DNA from: Thermoplasmata archaeon
Lineage (GTDB): Archaea > Thermoplasmatota > E2 > JACPAO01 > JAHFTW01
Reading direction: 5' to 3'
NCBI GenBank assembly: GCA_034667725.1
Contig: JAXDQS010000012.1
Span: 1 to 64,000, forward strand
Length of the DNA: 64,000 bases
Position numbers and translations under genes: made by a program. Position 1 is the stretch's first letter. The number at the start of each line of letters is the position of its first letter. Positions 47,084 through 56,751 of the stretch are shown one piece after another. A model generated the notes under the pieces. It was not told where the DNA came from. It saw nothing but the letters and a program-made list of their open reading frames with translations, and did not search any database.

Positions 47084-47731
47084 CTACGCCCCCGCGGCGG
47101 CCTTCTCGGCCTTCTTGACCTGCTTCTTGGAGGTGGGGCGGTCGCCGGCGGGCGCGTCGCGGCCCTCGCCGGGCGCCTCGGGGCGCTTGCGGCGGTCCTC
47201 GTCGATCCACTCGAACTTGCCCAAGCCGGGCTGGCGCATGGTGAGGCCGATCTTGGACTCGCGCGGCGACAGCTCATTGAGGCTGGCGGTCACGATGCGG
47301 GCGCGGACGTTCTCGCCGACCTCGAGGGTGCGGCCGGTCTCCTTGCCGATGAGGCGCTCGTTGTGGACGTCGGCCGTCATGAAGTCGTTCATGACCTGGC
47401 TCATGTGCGTCAGGGCGTCCAAGGGGCCGATGTGGACGAAGGCGCCGAACTCGACGACCTCCGCCACGATGCCGTCGACGACCTCCTGGTTGTCGGGCTT
47501 GAAGACGAGGGCGTCGAACGCGACCTTCTGGTAGATGGCGCCGTCGCCATGGATGACCTGGCCCTCGCCGTCGGGGCGCACCGACATGGTGAGGACGGTG
47601 ATGCCGTGGACCTTGTTGAGGCGGCCCTCGAACGACTTCTGGACGAGGTTGCTGATGGTGGCGTCCAGGTCCTCCGTCATCTGCTCAGGCGGGATGCGGA
47701 CGGTGTCGCTCATCTGGATGACGCGGTACAT
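47084..47731 (-). CDS. rpoE1: DNA-directed RNA polymerase subunit E' (Rpo7)
   Basis: DTVRIPP, GDGA.Y, EVVDG...EFGAFV.IGPLDAL.H.SQ, KIGLTMRQPGLGKFEW. Confidence 0.97.
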   Translation of the reverse strand: MYRVIQMSDTVRIPPEQMTEDLDATISNLVQKSFEGRLNKVHGITVLTMSVRPDGEGQVIHGDGAIYQKVAFDALVFKPDNQEVVDGIVAEVVEFGAFVHIGPLDALTHMSQVMNDFMTADVHNERLIGKETGRTLEVGENVRARIVTASLNELSPRESKIGLTMRQPGLGKFEWIDEDRRKRPEAPGEGRDAPAGDRPTSKKQVKKAEKAAAGA

Positions 47732-47805
47732 AAAGGCGGAGTGCCCCCTGAGGACGGGCTTCGCCAAGAGGGGGCGGTTTTAAGCGTTTGGCAAGGCGGG
47801 CTGGC

Positions 47806-49482
47806 TCACGGCAGCGGCGGGTCCGGCTCCAGCCCGTCGTTGCCCTGTCCGTAGGTGCCGCACAAGGGCCTGCCGTTGAGCTTGTGGTCGAGGCGGATTT
47901 GCTCGTACGAGTCGTAGTAGTCCACGGTCGCGGTGAGCAGGACGGTGACCTCGACGCTGGTGCCGGCGACGGTGACGTTGTAGTCGCCCTTCAGCAGCGC
48001 GCCGGGCAGCTTGTTGGGGAACGTGTATTCGCCGGTCCATTCGTCCTCGGTCTGGGGCTGCTCCTGCGCTTGCTTGCGGCCCAGGGTGAGGCGGGCCACG
48101 GGGTCGCCTTCGGGGTCCATGAGGTCGAGGGTGAGCTGGGTCAGGATGTTCGACAGGGTGTCGCCCTGGAGCTCGGCGCGCAGCGTGGCGGTGCGGACGG
48201 CGCACGGGTTCTCGATGGGGAAGCTCCAGGCGGCGGCGACCTCCTGGCTGGTGCCGAGGGGGAGCTGGCGGCTCGTGACCAGGTCGTCCGGGATGGGGAC
48301 GGGCGGCATGTAGGGCAGGCCGCCCGGGGACTCGGCGGCGAAGCCGTGCATCTGGTCCTCGTAGCCCTCGTACACCAGCATGGTGTGCATGCCGCCGGGG
48401 AACTGGTGGTCGTTGGTCTCGTGGGTCTCGACGTGGGTGTGGACGAGCCAGGGGCCGGGGTTGTTGCCGTGCAGCACGACGTCGTAGCGCTCCGCCGGCA
48501 GGATCGCGAGGGTGTCGGCCCAGTAGGGCGTGGGGAGGGGGACGCCGTCCTTGTGGGTGACCTCGAAGTCGTGGCCGTGGACGTGGATGGCCTCCGCCGT
48601 GGTGCCGGCGTTGAGGAGGCGGACGCGAATCTTGCCGCCCTCCTTGAGCTTCCACAGCGTGGATTCGTCATGCTCGGTCAAGGGGTAGCTGTGGCCGTTG
48701 ATCAGGAACACGTCCGGGTCGCCCACGATGGGCTGGTTCTGGCAGTTGGGGGTGCCGGAGATGGCGCAGGGGTTGCTGCCGTGCTGGTGGGCGCCGACGC
48801 CCGGGACGGCCTCGACGACGCTGCGCTTGGCGGTGCCGAGGATGAAGACGTACTCCTGGTCGATGTCCTTGGGCTCGAAGCGGTCGTCCTGGGGCTCGAC
48901 GATGAACATGCCGTAGAGGCCCTGCATGACGTGGAGCTGGGGGTCGACGTGGCAGTGGTACCACAGGGTGCCGGCGCGCTGAGCGATGAACTCGTAGGTG
49001 GTGCTGGTGCCCTTCTTGGTCGCCTCTTGGCTGACGCCTTGGGCGCCGTCCTGCTCCCAGGGCAGCTGCTGGCCGTGCCAGTGGATGGTGTGCGGGTGGA
49101 CGTGGGCGTGCGAGAACTCCACGACGACGCGGTCGCCTTGGGTGACGCGGATGGTGGGGGCCGGGACGCTGCATTTGCCGCGCAGCGACTCGCTCAGGAG
49201 GGGGGCGTCGGTGGGCAGCGCCGGGAAGTACTCGATGGCGGCGGCGGACACCTGGTCGTTGGGGTCGACGGGCTCGATGCAGAAGGCCCACAGGTTGGCC
49301 TGCAGCCCGGGGTAGAGCTGGTGGTCGAGGAGGTCCTCCACGCTGGCCTTGAGGTGGATGGTGCGGCCGGTCTCGGCCACGCGCGCCAGCGGGTCGTAGG
49401 GGTCGACGGCGCTGCTGGTGCAGCCGGAGAGGACGAGGGCGGCAAGGGTCGCCAAAGCGGCCAGGGGAGGGAAGCGGGCCAT
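47806..49482 (-). CDS. Two-domain multicopper oxidase lipoprotein with an extra C-terminal domain
   Basis: LSGC lipobox, HTIHWHG, WYHCHVDPQLHVMQGL, IHVHGH, WLVHTHVETH. Confidence 0.92.
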   Translation of the reverse strand: MARFPPLAALATLAALVLSGCTSSAVDPYDPLARVAETGRTIHLKASVEDLLDHQLYPGLQANLWAFCIEPVDPNDQVSAAAIEYFPALPTDAPLLSESLRGKCSVPAPTIRVTQGDRVVVEFSHAHVHPHTIHWHGQQLPWEQDGAQGVSQEATKKGTSTTYEFIAQRAGTLWYHCHVDPQLHVMQGLYGMFIVEPQDDRFEPKDIDQEYVFILGTAKRSVVEAVPGVGAHQHGSNPCAISGTPNCQNQPIVGDPDVFLINGHSYPLTEHDESTLWKLKEGGKIRVRLLNAGTTAEAIHVHGHDFEVTHKDGVPLPTPYWADTLAILPAERYDVVLHGNNPGPWLVHTHVETHETNDHQFPGGMHTMLVYEGYEDQMHGFAAESPGGLPYMPPVPIPDDLVTSRQLPLGTSQEVAAAWSFPIENPCAVRTATLRAELQGDTLSNILTQLTLDLMDPEGDPVARLTLGRKQAQEQPQTEDEWTGEYTFPNKLPGALLKGDYNVTVAGTSVEVTVLLTATVDYYDSYEQIRLDHKLNGRPLCGTYGQGNDGLEPDPPLP

Positions 49483-49487
49483 GGGGA

Positions 49488-50651
49488 TCACTCGTAGAGG
49501 CGGTAGGGGTCGATGTCCATCCGGAAGTCCAGCGTGGCGTGGAACTCGACGCTTGCGCCCTGCTCGAGCACCACGATGAGGTGGTAGTTGTTGGCGCCGA
49601 CCAGTTGGCCGGTGGGCAGGATGGCGTGCTCGTCGGCCGTCTTGTCGCCGATGGCCACGACGTAGTCGCCGCGCTTCAGGGTCCACTCCACGATGTTGGC
49701 TTCGCCGGGGCCGGCGTCGTAGGTGAAGTTGAGGTGGCCGGCGGCGGCGCCGGGGGCGGGCAGCGCGAAGTCGAACAGGGAGGTGTCGCAGGTCGGCGGG
49801 TCGGGCGCGTTCTCGCAGATGGCCTGGAGCTGGCCGCCGACGCCGGCGGGGGCGCCTGCGGTCATGGTGGCGTTGTGGTAGAACGAGACCTTGGCGGCAG
49901 GACGCTCGGCGGGCGAGGTCACGAAAATCTTGAACTGGCCCGAGACCGCCGGGTTGGCGGCGTCGGCGGCCGACATGAACAGCAGGTAGATGCCGGGCTT
50001 GCTGAAGCTGCCCTCGATGGTCTCGTGCTCGGGGGCAAGGCCGGTGCCGGAGCCGAGCGCGTCGCACAGGTCGCCCGGGTAGGCCTTGGTGGCCGTCGGG
50101 AGGGTGCGGTTGGTGACGCCGGAGGTGACGGAGCCGGCGGGCGGGGCCTTGAACGGCGGGACCTTGGTGTGGGTGTGCGGGTCCTTGGCCTTCGGGACGC
50201 CGATGCTCTGGCACGACCAGCCGTAGCTGCGCACGTCGTTCTCGGTGTCGAACGAGCCGGAGCCGCTGAAGCGGACGGTCTCGCCGGTGACGGCCCAGTC
50301 GCGCTGGGCCTCCAGGAGGAAGGTGGGCTTGGCGTTGGTGCCGGCGCCCCGGACGACCTCGCGCTGGAAGGTCTGGGTCTCGCCGCCGGTGGTGGTCTTG
50401 AGGGTGACCTTGGCCTTGCCGTTCTCGAACGAGTAGGCGTGGGTGACGGACTCGCCGGTGGCGGCCGGGGTGTGGTCGCCGAAGTCCCAGGAGTAGCTGT
50501 CCGCCGCGACGTCCGCTTCGAAGGCGTAGGCCCCCGCCGGGTCGTCGGGCGGGGTGATGGTGAAGCCGAGGGTGGGGTCGCTGTCGGAGGCGCAGCCGGC
50601 GAAGGCCATGGCGGCAACGAGGAGGGCGGCGCCGCCCTTCCAGGAGTGCAT
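49488..50651 (-). CDS. PKD domain lipoprotein
   Basis: FAGC lipobox, YSWDFGD...GESVTHAY, FSGSGSFD, DPHTH motif. In an operon with the oxidase. Confidence 0.85.
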   Translation of the reverse strand: MHSWKGGAALLVAAMAFAGCASDSDPTLGFTITPPDDPAGAYAFEADVAADSYSWDFGDHTPAATGESVTHAYSFENGKAKVTLKTTTGGETQTFQREVVRGAGTNAKPTFLLEAQRDWAVTGETVRFSGSGSFDTENDVRSYGWSCQSIGVPKAKDPHTHTKVPPFKAPPAGSVTSGVTNRTLPTATKAYPGDLCDALGSGTGLAPEHETIEGSFSKPGIYLLFMSAADAANPAVSGQFKIFVTSPAERPAAKVSFYHNATMTAGAPAGVGGQLQAICENAPDPPTCDTSLFDFALPAPGAAAGHLNFTYDAGPGEANIVEWTLKRGDYVVAIGDKTADEHAILPTGQLVGANNYHLIVVLEQGASVEFHATLDFRMDIDPYRLYE

Positions 50652-50674
50652 GGCGCGCCCAGGGCGAAGGAATC

Positions 50675-50687
50675 GGTATAAGTGTTA
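50675..50687 (-). promoter_or_regulatory. TATA box of the PKD-oxidase operon
   Basis: Minus-strand AACACTTATACC about 26 nt upstream of ATG 50651. Confidence 0.6.
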
Positions 50688-50781
50688 TGGCCGGGGACCG
50701 GAAGCCTGGGCCCAGCAATCCCCTTCCTCCATCGTGCGCGCCATCTGGAAGACTGATAAGCGAAGGGGCGGTCGAGCGGGC

Positions 50782-51693
50782 GTGCGCGTCGTCTTCGTCG
50801 GACGGGACCGTGGCGCCTGGCGCTGCATCCTCCTGTCCCTCGTGACCCTCGGCATCTGGCGCCGCGTCTGGCTCCATCGGGTCCACAAGGAGATCGACGG
50901 CCACGACGCGCTCGGCGTCCGCCACGACCTCATGGCCGTCCTGCTTTGCCTCCCCATCGGCGGCCCCGCCGTCGTCTCGTTCCTGGTCGCCCGCCGCGCC
51001 GCCGCCATGATGGCCGCCTCCCCCGTGCGCTACGGCCCGCCCGCCGCCGTCGGCCTCGCCGTCGTGGTGCCCATCCTCGGCAACCTGTTCCACCTGGGCT
51101 GGACCCAAAGCCGCCTCAACCGCTTCTGGGCCCACGAGCGCGCCCACCCCGGCCGCGGCCTCGAGGTCGACGTCGAGCTCGGCGCCGACCCCGCCTTCCT
51201 CGTCGAGCTGCAGGAGGCGCTCAAGGCGTCCTACCACGCCGGCTCGCGCTTCGGCCGCCGCGCCGCCGCCCGCAAGACGCGCTGGCAGGCCCGCGCGCGC
51301 ACCTTCGGCGAGGTGCAGCGCGAGCGGGCCGCCGTCCGCGCCGCCGGCGGCTCCACCCCCGTCCTGCCCTTCCTGCGCCCGCAGCGCCCGGCGCCGCGCA
51401 AGCTGAAGGTGACCTGCGGCCGCTGCCGGCACGCCTTCGAGCTGGTGGCCGACCCGACGGCGGAGACCCGCCTGCTGTGCCCGAGCTGCGGCCTGGCCGA
51501 AGTGCTGCCGGCGCTCTCCAGCAACCCGCTGGCGCCGGCCGAGCCGGCCCGCCTGCCCGTGCTGCGGGTCAAGTGCCCGGCCTGCAAGACCCAGTTCCAG
51601 GCGGTCCACGAACTGGCGGGGCCGACGCAGCTCACCTGCCCAAAGTGCGGCCGGCAGGACACGCTGCCGCCGGCGCGCGGCCTGGCGTCCTGA
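50782..51693 (+). CDS. DUF4234-like membrane protein with two C-terminal zinc ribbons
   Basis: ILLSLVTLGIW..VW...HKEI...QSRLN and four CxxC motifs. Confidence 0.8.
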   Translation: MRVVFVGRDRGAWRCILLSLVTLGIWRRVWLHRVHKEIDGHDALGVRHDLMAVLLCLPIGGPAVVSFLVARRAAAMMAASPVRYGPPAAVGLAVVVPILGNLFHLGWTQSRLNRFWAHERAHPGRGLEVDVELGADPAFLVELQEALKASYHAGSRFGRRAAARKTRWQARARTFGEVQRERAAVRAAGGSTPVLPFLRPQRPAPRKLKVTCGRCRHAFELVADPTAETRLLCPSCGLAEVLPALSSNPLAPAEPARLPVLRVKCPACKTQFQAVHELAGPTQLTCPKCGRQDTLPPARGLAS

Positions 51694-51709
51694 GAACCGC
51701 CGCCGGGCC

Positions 51710-52528
51710 TCAGCGCCGCCGGAACGACGACCGCCCCGACGCCACCATCCAGATGGCCGCCACCTGCAGCCCCAAGAGCGCCAGCATCCCCGGCTCGTAG
51801 GTGAACAGGAACCACAGCAGCGTCGCCACCGCGATCGGAAGGGGTGCTGCGACGGCGACGGTGGGGCCGCGCAGGCCGAGTGCTGCCGCGCCGCCGACCG
51901 CGGTCAGGCAGGCCCCGAGCAGCAGGCTGCCGTACAGGATCGGGGTCACGACCTCCAGGTCCTGCAGGCCAACGCGGGTGGCGGCCGCGTCGGGGTCGCG
52001 GCGCAGGTCGAGGCGGACCTCCTCCCGGACGGACCAGGGCACGAAGGCGCGGCGCTCCAAGGTGCGGTTGCCTTCGTGCACCACGATGGTGACGGCCGCC
52101 TGGCGCCCGAGGGAGACGTTGTACCAGCCCGCCCCGGTCGTGTTGCCCTGCAGGTAGGCCTGGCCGGACGGGAGCAGGAGGGCCACGAGGTGGCCGGCGG
52201 CGGGATGGCCGTCGCGCACCAGCTGGACATGCAGCTCGCCGGCCGCCAACGGCTGGTCGCCGCGCGCGTCGATCTGCTGCTCGACGGCGTCCACCAGCGT
52301 CGGGCCCCACACCATCTGGGCGCCCACCAGGAGCGCGATGGCCAGGCCGACCAAGAGCAGGATGGCGCCGCCCATCTGGACGCGGCGGCGGCGCGGGTCG
52401 TCGCGCGACAGGGGAGCCAGCTCGGCGTCGGCGCGGCCGCGCAGCGTGCTGCCGCAGCGCGGGCAGAACGTCGTCGCCTGGGTGTCGTAGCGGGCCGCGC
52501 ACTCTGCGCACGAGACCCAGCGGACCAC
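51710..52528 (-). CDS. Zinc-ribbon membrane protein
   Basis: CAEC...FCPRCG, TM, extracellular beta domain, 3 TMs. Confidence 0.8.
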   Translation of the reverse strand: MVRWVSCAECAARYDTQATTFCPRCGSTLRGRADAELAPLSRDDPRRRRVQMGGAILLLVGLAIALLVGAQMVWGPTLVDAVEQQIDARGDQPLAAGELHVQLVRDGHPAAGHLVALLLPSGQAYLQGNTTGAGWYNVSLGRQAAVTIVVHEGNRTLERRAFVPWSVREEVRLDLRRDPDAAATRVGLQDLEVVTPILYGSLLLGACLTAVGGAAALGLRGPTVAVAAPLPIAVATLLWFLFTYEPGMLALLGLQVAAIWMVASGRSSFRRR

Positions 52529-52589
52529 GGCCACCGGACCCGCCGGCGGGCCATCAAGGCTTTGGACCCGTGGGGCGGTCGCCGTGGCG

Positions 52590-52868
52590 ATGAAGCTGCG
52601 CATCCGCTGCCCGTCCTGCCGCACCGTCCTCAACGTGCCCGCGGGCGCCGACCCGGTCTGCCCGGCCTGCGGCTTCGGGGGCGTCGGCGACCCGCCGCAG
52701 CCCTCGCAGCCGGCCGGCTGGGAGCCCGCGCCGGCCGAAGGCGCCCCGGCCGAGTGGCAGGAGGCCCCCGCGGGCGACTGGGCCGAGACCCCGCAGACGC
52801 CCGAGGGCTGGGACGCGCCGGCCGAGGCGCCCAAGAAGCGCGGCCTGTTCAGCCGCCGCAAGAAGTAG
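52590..52868 (+). CDS. Small zinc-ribbon protein with an acidic Trp-repeat tail
   Basis: IRCPSC...VCPACG, four Trp-centred repeats about 11 aa apart, KKRGLFSRRKK end. Confidence 0.8.
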   Translation: MKLRIRCPSCRTVLNVPAGADPVCPACGFGGVGDPPQPSQPAGWEPAPAEGAPAEWQEAPAGDWAETPQTPEGWDAPAEAPKKRGLFSRRKK

Positions 52869-52877
52869 CGCCTGCGG

Positions 52878-53681
52878 CTACTTGGCGAACAGGTCCGGGT
52901 TGCGCCGCACCGTGAACAGGCTCCAGATGCCGACGACCAGCAGGCCGACGCCGATGGGCGACAGCGCGATGCCGCCCGTCAAGAGGCCGATGGCGGCCGC
53001 GGCGCCGGCGCCGCCCGAGGCCAGGCGCGGGTTGCGGGCGCGGGCCAGGCTGACGCCGCCGGCCACGGCGAGCGCCACCAGGGCCGTGAACAGGCCGATG
53101 ATGACCCAGTCGACCGCCTTGATGGCGGGCTTCTCGCCAAGCCATTCGTGGGCGGGGCCGTTGCTGTCGAGCGTGACCACGGTGGCCGCGTTCTTGGGGG
53201 CGTGGACGTTGCCGGCGACGGTCGTGTTGTCGCGGGTGGCCTCCAGCCGGAACACCTCGTCCTGGACGGAGCCGAAGTCGGCGGTGCCGTTGGCGTCGGT
53301 GCCGAGGCGGGCGAACTCGCGCTTCTCGCCGTCGAGCGCGAACAGCTTGACCTCCCAGCCCTCGGCGGGAGGCACGACGTGGACCTCCAGGGAGCCGCCC
53401 TCGCGGAACGGCCCGTTGGCCAGCGTCTCCTGCTCGTAGGTGGCGACGTTGTAGGCCATGAAGCCCACCGTGACCAAGGCGAGCACCACCATGATGATGC
53501 CGAGGTTGCGCATCCGGCCGCGGATGCTGCGGCGCCGGAGCTCGTCGACCGGGCTGGGGACCGAAGGCTCCACGGGCGTGGGAGGCGCGGGCACCCAGGA
53601 CGCGGCGGCCCCCGGGTCGGCAGGCGGCGGGGACGCGGGCGGGTCGGCGGCTCCGGGCGCGGGCGCCGGCGGGGTCTCCAT
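52878..53681 (-). CDS. Membrane protein with a beta-sandwich (carboxypeptidase regulatory-like) domain
   Basis: Pro-rich N-terminus, TM, TDANGTADF, 3 C-terminal TMs. Same layout as 51710..52528. Confidence 0.8.
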   Translation of the reverse strand: METPPAPAPGAADPPASPPPADPGAAASWVPAPPTPVEPSVPSPVDELRRRSIRGRMRNLGIIMVVLALVTVGFMAYNVATYEQETLANGPFREGGSLEVHVVPPAEGWEVKLFALDGEKREFARLGTDANGTADFGSVQDEVFRLEATRDNTTVAGNVHAPKNAATVVTLDSNGPAHEWLGEKPAIKAVDWVIIGLFTALVALAVAGGVSLARARNPRLASGGAGAAAAIGLLTGGIALSPIGVGLLVVGIWSLFTVRRNPDLFAK

Positions 53682-53771
53682 GCACCGCGCACGGAAGGCC
53701 CGGGAAAAAGCCTGGGGCTTTGCCGCGGGCCCGGCAAACCGTTATGGCGACGGCCCGGCTCGCGCGCGCCC

Positions 53772-54740
53772 GTGCCCGACAAGCCCGGCGTGACCGCAGC
53801 CCTCCTGGGGAACCTGGCCGCGCGCCGCGAGTTCGGCAAGGTCGGCACCCAGAGCGACATCCACCTGCACGACCTCAAGGAGGGCGGCCGCGACATCACG
53901 GTCATCGTGCCCGACCGCTACCCCGAGTCGGTCAAGTCGCTCTCCTACGCCCTCACCGGCTCCGACTGCGCGGCCTTGGTCATCGACAAGATGTCGGCCC
54001 CCGTGGGCGAGCAGATCCTCGGCGCCGACGCCATCGGCCTCCGGCACGGCATCATCGTGCTGCAGAACTACCTCCAGCCCGAGCAGCTCAAGCCCCTGCT
54101 GAAGGGCACGACCCTGGAGTCCTGGCCCATCCTGACCGAGGAGGACTGGGCGAAGGCCCGCGCGCACCTCGCCGCCTGCCCGCCCATCGACCGCCCCGGC
54201 CCCGTCCTGGTCCCCGTCGACCACCACTTCAACGTCAAGGGCGTCGGCGCCGTCATCCTGGGCGTCGTCAAGCAAGGCGTCCTTCGGAAGGGCGAGACGC
54301 TGCACGCGTTCCCGGGCAAGGTCATCTGCCCCGTCCGCAGCATCCAGGTCCACGACGTCGACGTCGACCAGGCCGTGCCCGGCGACCGCGTCGGCCTCGC
54401 GCTCCGGAACACGCCGCCCGAGGCGATGGACCGCGGCCTGGTGCTCGCCCCCGCCGACGCGCCGCTGGTGGCGCACAACCTCGGCGGCGCCATCTCGTTC
54501 AAGCTCAAGCGCAGCCCGTTCAGCAAGCAGCCCCTCAAGGCGGGCAGCGTCGTCCAGGTCGGCGTCGGGATGCAGTTCGTCCCCGTCCGCCTCACCGCCG
54601 ACCTCCCGGGCGCCGGCCAGGAAGGCGTGCTGCAAGGCACCGTCGAGAAGGCGATGGTGCACGCGCCGGGCGAGCGGGCCATCCTGTGGCACGTGGACAA
54701 TGCGCCGCAGCGGGTCGTGGGCTCGCTGACCTTGACGTAG
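53772..54740 (+). CDS. Archaeal SelB-like/EF-Tu domain 2-3 protein with a degenerate G domain
   Basis: FGKVGTQSDI, VDHHFNVKGVGAVILGVV, VRSIQVHDVDV...GDRVGLAL. Confidence 0.88.
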   Translation: MPDKPGVTAALLGNLAARREFGKVGTQSDIHLHDLKEGGRDITVIVPDRYPESVKSLSYALTGSDCAALVIDKMSAPVGEQILGADAIGLRHGIIVLQNYLQPEQLKPLLKGTTLESWPILTEEDWAKARAHLAACPPIDRPGPVLVPVDHHFNVKGVGAVILGVVKQGVLRKGETLHAFPGKVICPVRSIQVHDVDVDQAVPGDRVGLALRNTPPEAMDRGLVLAPADAPLVAHNLGGAISFKLKRSPFSKQPLKAGSVVQVGVGMQFVPVRLTADLPGAGQEGVLQGTVEKAMVHAPGERAILWHVDNAPQRVVGSLTLT

Positions 54741-54763
54741 GCCGCCCCGGGTCGTGGGCTCCC

Positions 54764-55189
54764 TTACCCTGCCTTGAGCACTTCCGCCGACAGCCGGTCC
54801 AGGTTCTGCTCGTTGGCCGGCACGACGACGGGCGCGACGCTCGCCGCGGTCTTGGCGTCCTCGAACTCCTGCTCCCACCGCACCATCGTCCCGCCGCTCG
54901 CGGTCGGCTCCAGCAGGACCGTCAGCAGGAACCGCGGCTGCGACACATGGTGGACGACGACCTTCCGGGCGGGCTCGATGGCGCGGAACACGCTCTCGTT
55001 CGGGTGATGCCTCCCGTCGGGCCCGTGCATCACGAACGACCACCGCCCGCCCGGCCGGAAGTCGCACGCCGTGAACGTGTTGGTGAAGCCGGCCGGCCCC
55101 CACCAGGCCGCCAGGCGGGCGCTGTCGACGAAGGCGGCAAAGACGCTGGACGGAGGGGCCGCGATCTCCCGCGAGGTCCGGAACGCCAT
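54764..55189 (-). CDS. SRPBCC (AHSA1-like) protein
   Basis: LAAWWGPAGFTNT...DFRPGGRWSFVMHGPDG...ANEQNLDRL. Confidence 0.92.
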   Translation of the reverse strand: MAFRTSREIAAPPSSVFAAFVDSARLAAWWGPAGFTNTFTACDFRPGGRWSFVMHGPDGRHHPNESVFRAIEPARKVVVHHVSQPRFLLTVLLEPTASGGTMVRWEQEFEDAKTAASVAPVVVPANEQNLDRLSAEVLKAG

Positions 55190-55303
55190 GCTGCCTCGGA
55201 GGCGCGACTGCCTCATCACCGTGGCGGCGTTCCACCCGGTCCGGGCGACCCGTTCCGAAACGGGCTTGGCCCATCACGGACCGACCTTTGCTCAGGTGTC
55301 GAG

Positions 55304-55711
55304 ATGACGATCCCCCAACGGCCCATGCGGGCCATGCAAGAATGCGCCGACTGCGGCGGCAAGCGGTTCGAGATGCAGGCCGGCCAATCGGTGTGCGCCG
55401 ACTGCGGCGAGCCCATCGCCGGCGGCGCGCCGGACAACTGGTCCGCGGGCGGCGCCCACACCGAGCGCATGAACCAGGCGCAGGACCACGAGCGCAGCGC
55501 GCGCCGTGGCGGCGCGAGCTCCAAGAAGCGCACCCGCGCCCCGGCCAAGGCGCCGAAGAAGGCCGCGCGGCGGCCGAGCGCGAAGCGCGCCGCCCGCCCG
55601 ACCGGCGCCGACCGCGTCGAGGGCCTGGCCGGCTCGCCGACCGAGGTGGGCGGCGACGAGATGCAGGCCAGCACGCCGCACCGCGCCAGCCAGGGCCGCA
55701 CCGTCATGTGA
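55304..55711 (+). CDS. Zinc-ribbon protein with a basic low-complexity tail
   Basis: ECADCGG...VCADCG followed by a K/R/A-rich segment. Confidence 0.65.
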   Translation: MTIPQRPMRAMQECADCGGKRFEMQAGQSVCADCGEPIAGGAPDNWSAGGAHTERMNQAQDHERSARRGGASSKKRTRAPAKAPKKAARRPSAKRAARPTGADRVEGLAGSPTEVGGDEMQASTPHRASQGRTVM

Positions 55712-55798
55712 CGACGGACCAGGAGCCGCGGCTTTCGCGGCGGCGCTCCTGAGGCACCTTGGGCAGCCTATTCAACGACGCAGCGCCAAGGTCCGACC

Positions 55799-56290
55799 AT
55801 GCAGCGCATCGAGAAGACCATCGAGGTCAACGTGCCCGTGCGGACGGCCTACAACCAGTGGACCCAGTTCGAGCAGTTCCCCCAGTTCATGGAGGGCGTG
55901 CTGCGCATCGAGCAACGCGGCGACAAGGCGCTGCACTGGGTCGCCGAGGTCGCCGGCCGCCGCAAGGAGTGGGACGCCGAGATCGTCGAGCAGGTGCCGG
56001 ACGACGTCGTCTCCTGGCGCAGCACGTCGGGCACCCTGAACGCGGGCAGCGTCAGCTTCACGCCGCTCGGCCTGGACAAGTGCCGCATCACGCTCATCAT
56101 GAGCTACGAGCCGGAGGGCGGCCTGGAGGCGGTCGGCAGCGCCTTGGGCGTGTTGTCGGCCCGCGTCGAGGGCGACCTGCGCCGCTTCAAGAAGTACATC
56201 GAGGAGCGCCAGGTGGAGACCGGCGGCTGGCGCGGCGAAATCCACGAGGGGCAGGTGGAGAAGCGCGACGACGGCATGGGCCTCGCGTGA
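55799..56290 (+). CDS. SRPBCC cyclase/dehydrase family protein
   Basis: IEVNVPVRTAYNQWTQFEQFPQFMEGV...GDLRRFK..IE...ETGGWRG. Confidence 0.95.
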   Translation: MQRIEKTIEVNVPVRTAYNQWTQFEQFPQFMEGVLRIEQRGDKALHWVAEVAGRRKEWDAEIVEQVPDDVVSWRSTSGTLNAGSVSFTPLGLDKCRITLIMSYEPEGGLEAVGSALGVLSARVEGDLRRFKKYIEERQVETGGWRGEIHEGQVEKRDDGMGLA

Positions 56291-56337
56291 GTTCCACGGC
56301 CAAGCCTTATGGGGCGGCTGCGGGGAAAGCTCCATTC

Positions 56338-56745
56338 ATGTCTCCCCAAGGTGACAAGTCGGCGTACACGGGCAAGCAGAAGCGCCAGGCGCACCACATC
56401 GAGAAGTCGGTGAAGCGTCGCGGCGGCTCGTCCCGCACGGCAGCGCGCATCGCGTACGCGACCGTCAACAAGCAGGACAAGGGCGGCAAGAAGGGCGGCA
56501 CCGTCAAGTCGCGCGCCGGCCGCGCCACCCGCACCCGCAACGCCGCGGGCCGCTTCACCAAGGCCCGCAAGACGGCCAAGCGCGCCACCCGCAAGACGGC
56601 GGCGCGCAAGACCGTCCGCAAGACCGCCAAGCGCGCCAACCGCAGCAAGCGCACCGTCGCGACCCAGCGCCGCAGCCCCGAGCGCGCCTACGAGCGCAAG
56701 GAGCACCTGAACCCGATGCAGAAGATCCTCTCGGTCTTCCGCTAG
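56338..56745 (+). CDS. Basic histone H1-like protein
   Basis: GDKSAYTGKQKRQAHHIE...RIAYATVNK..GG and RKTA repeats. Confidence 0.85.
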   Translation: MSPQGDKSAYTGKQKRQAHHIEKSVKRRGGSSRTAARIAYATVNKQDKGGKKGGTVKSRAGRATRTRNAAGRFTKARKTAKRATRKTAARKTVRKTAKRANRSKRTVATQRRSPERAYERKEHLNPMQKILSVFR

Positions 56746-56751
56746 GCCAAG

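Noticed and set aside
47806-49482. Copper nitrite reductase (nirK)
   Set aside because: All four HxH trinuclear-site motifs are present and the T1 axial residue is Leu, which fits an oxidase.
53772-54740. True SelB and selenocysteine machinery
   Set aside because: Short protein with a degenerate G domain, and no tRNA-Sec or sel genes in the window.
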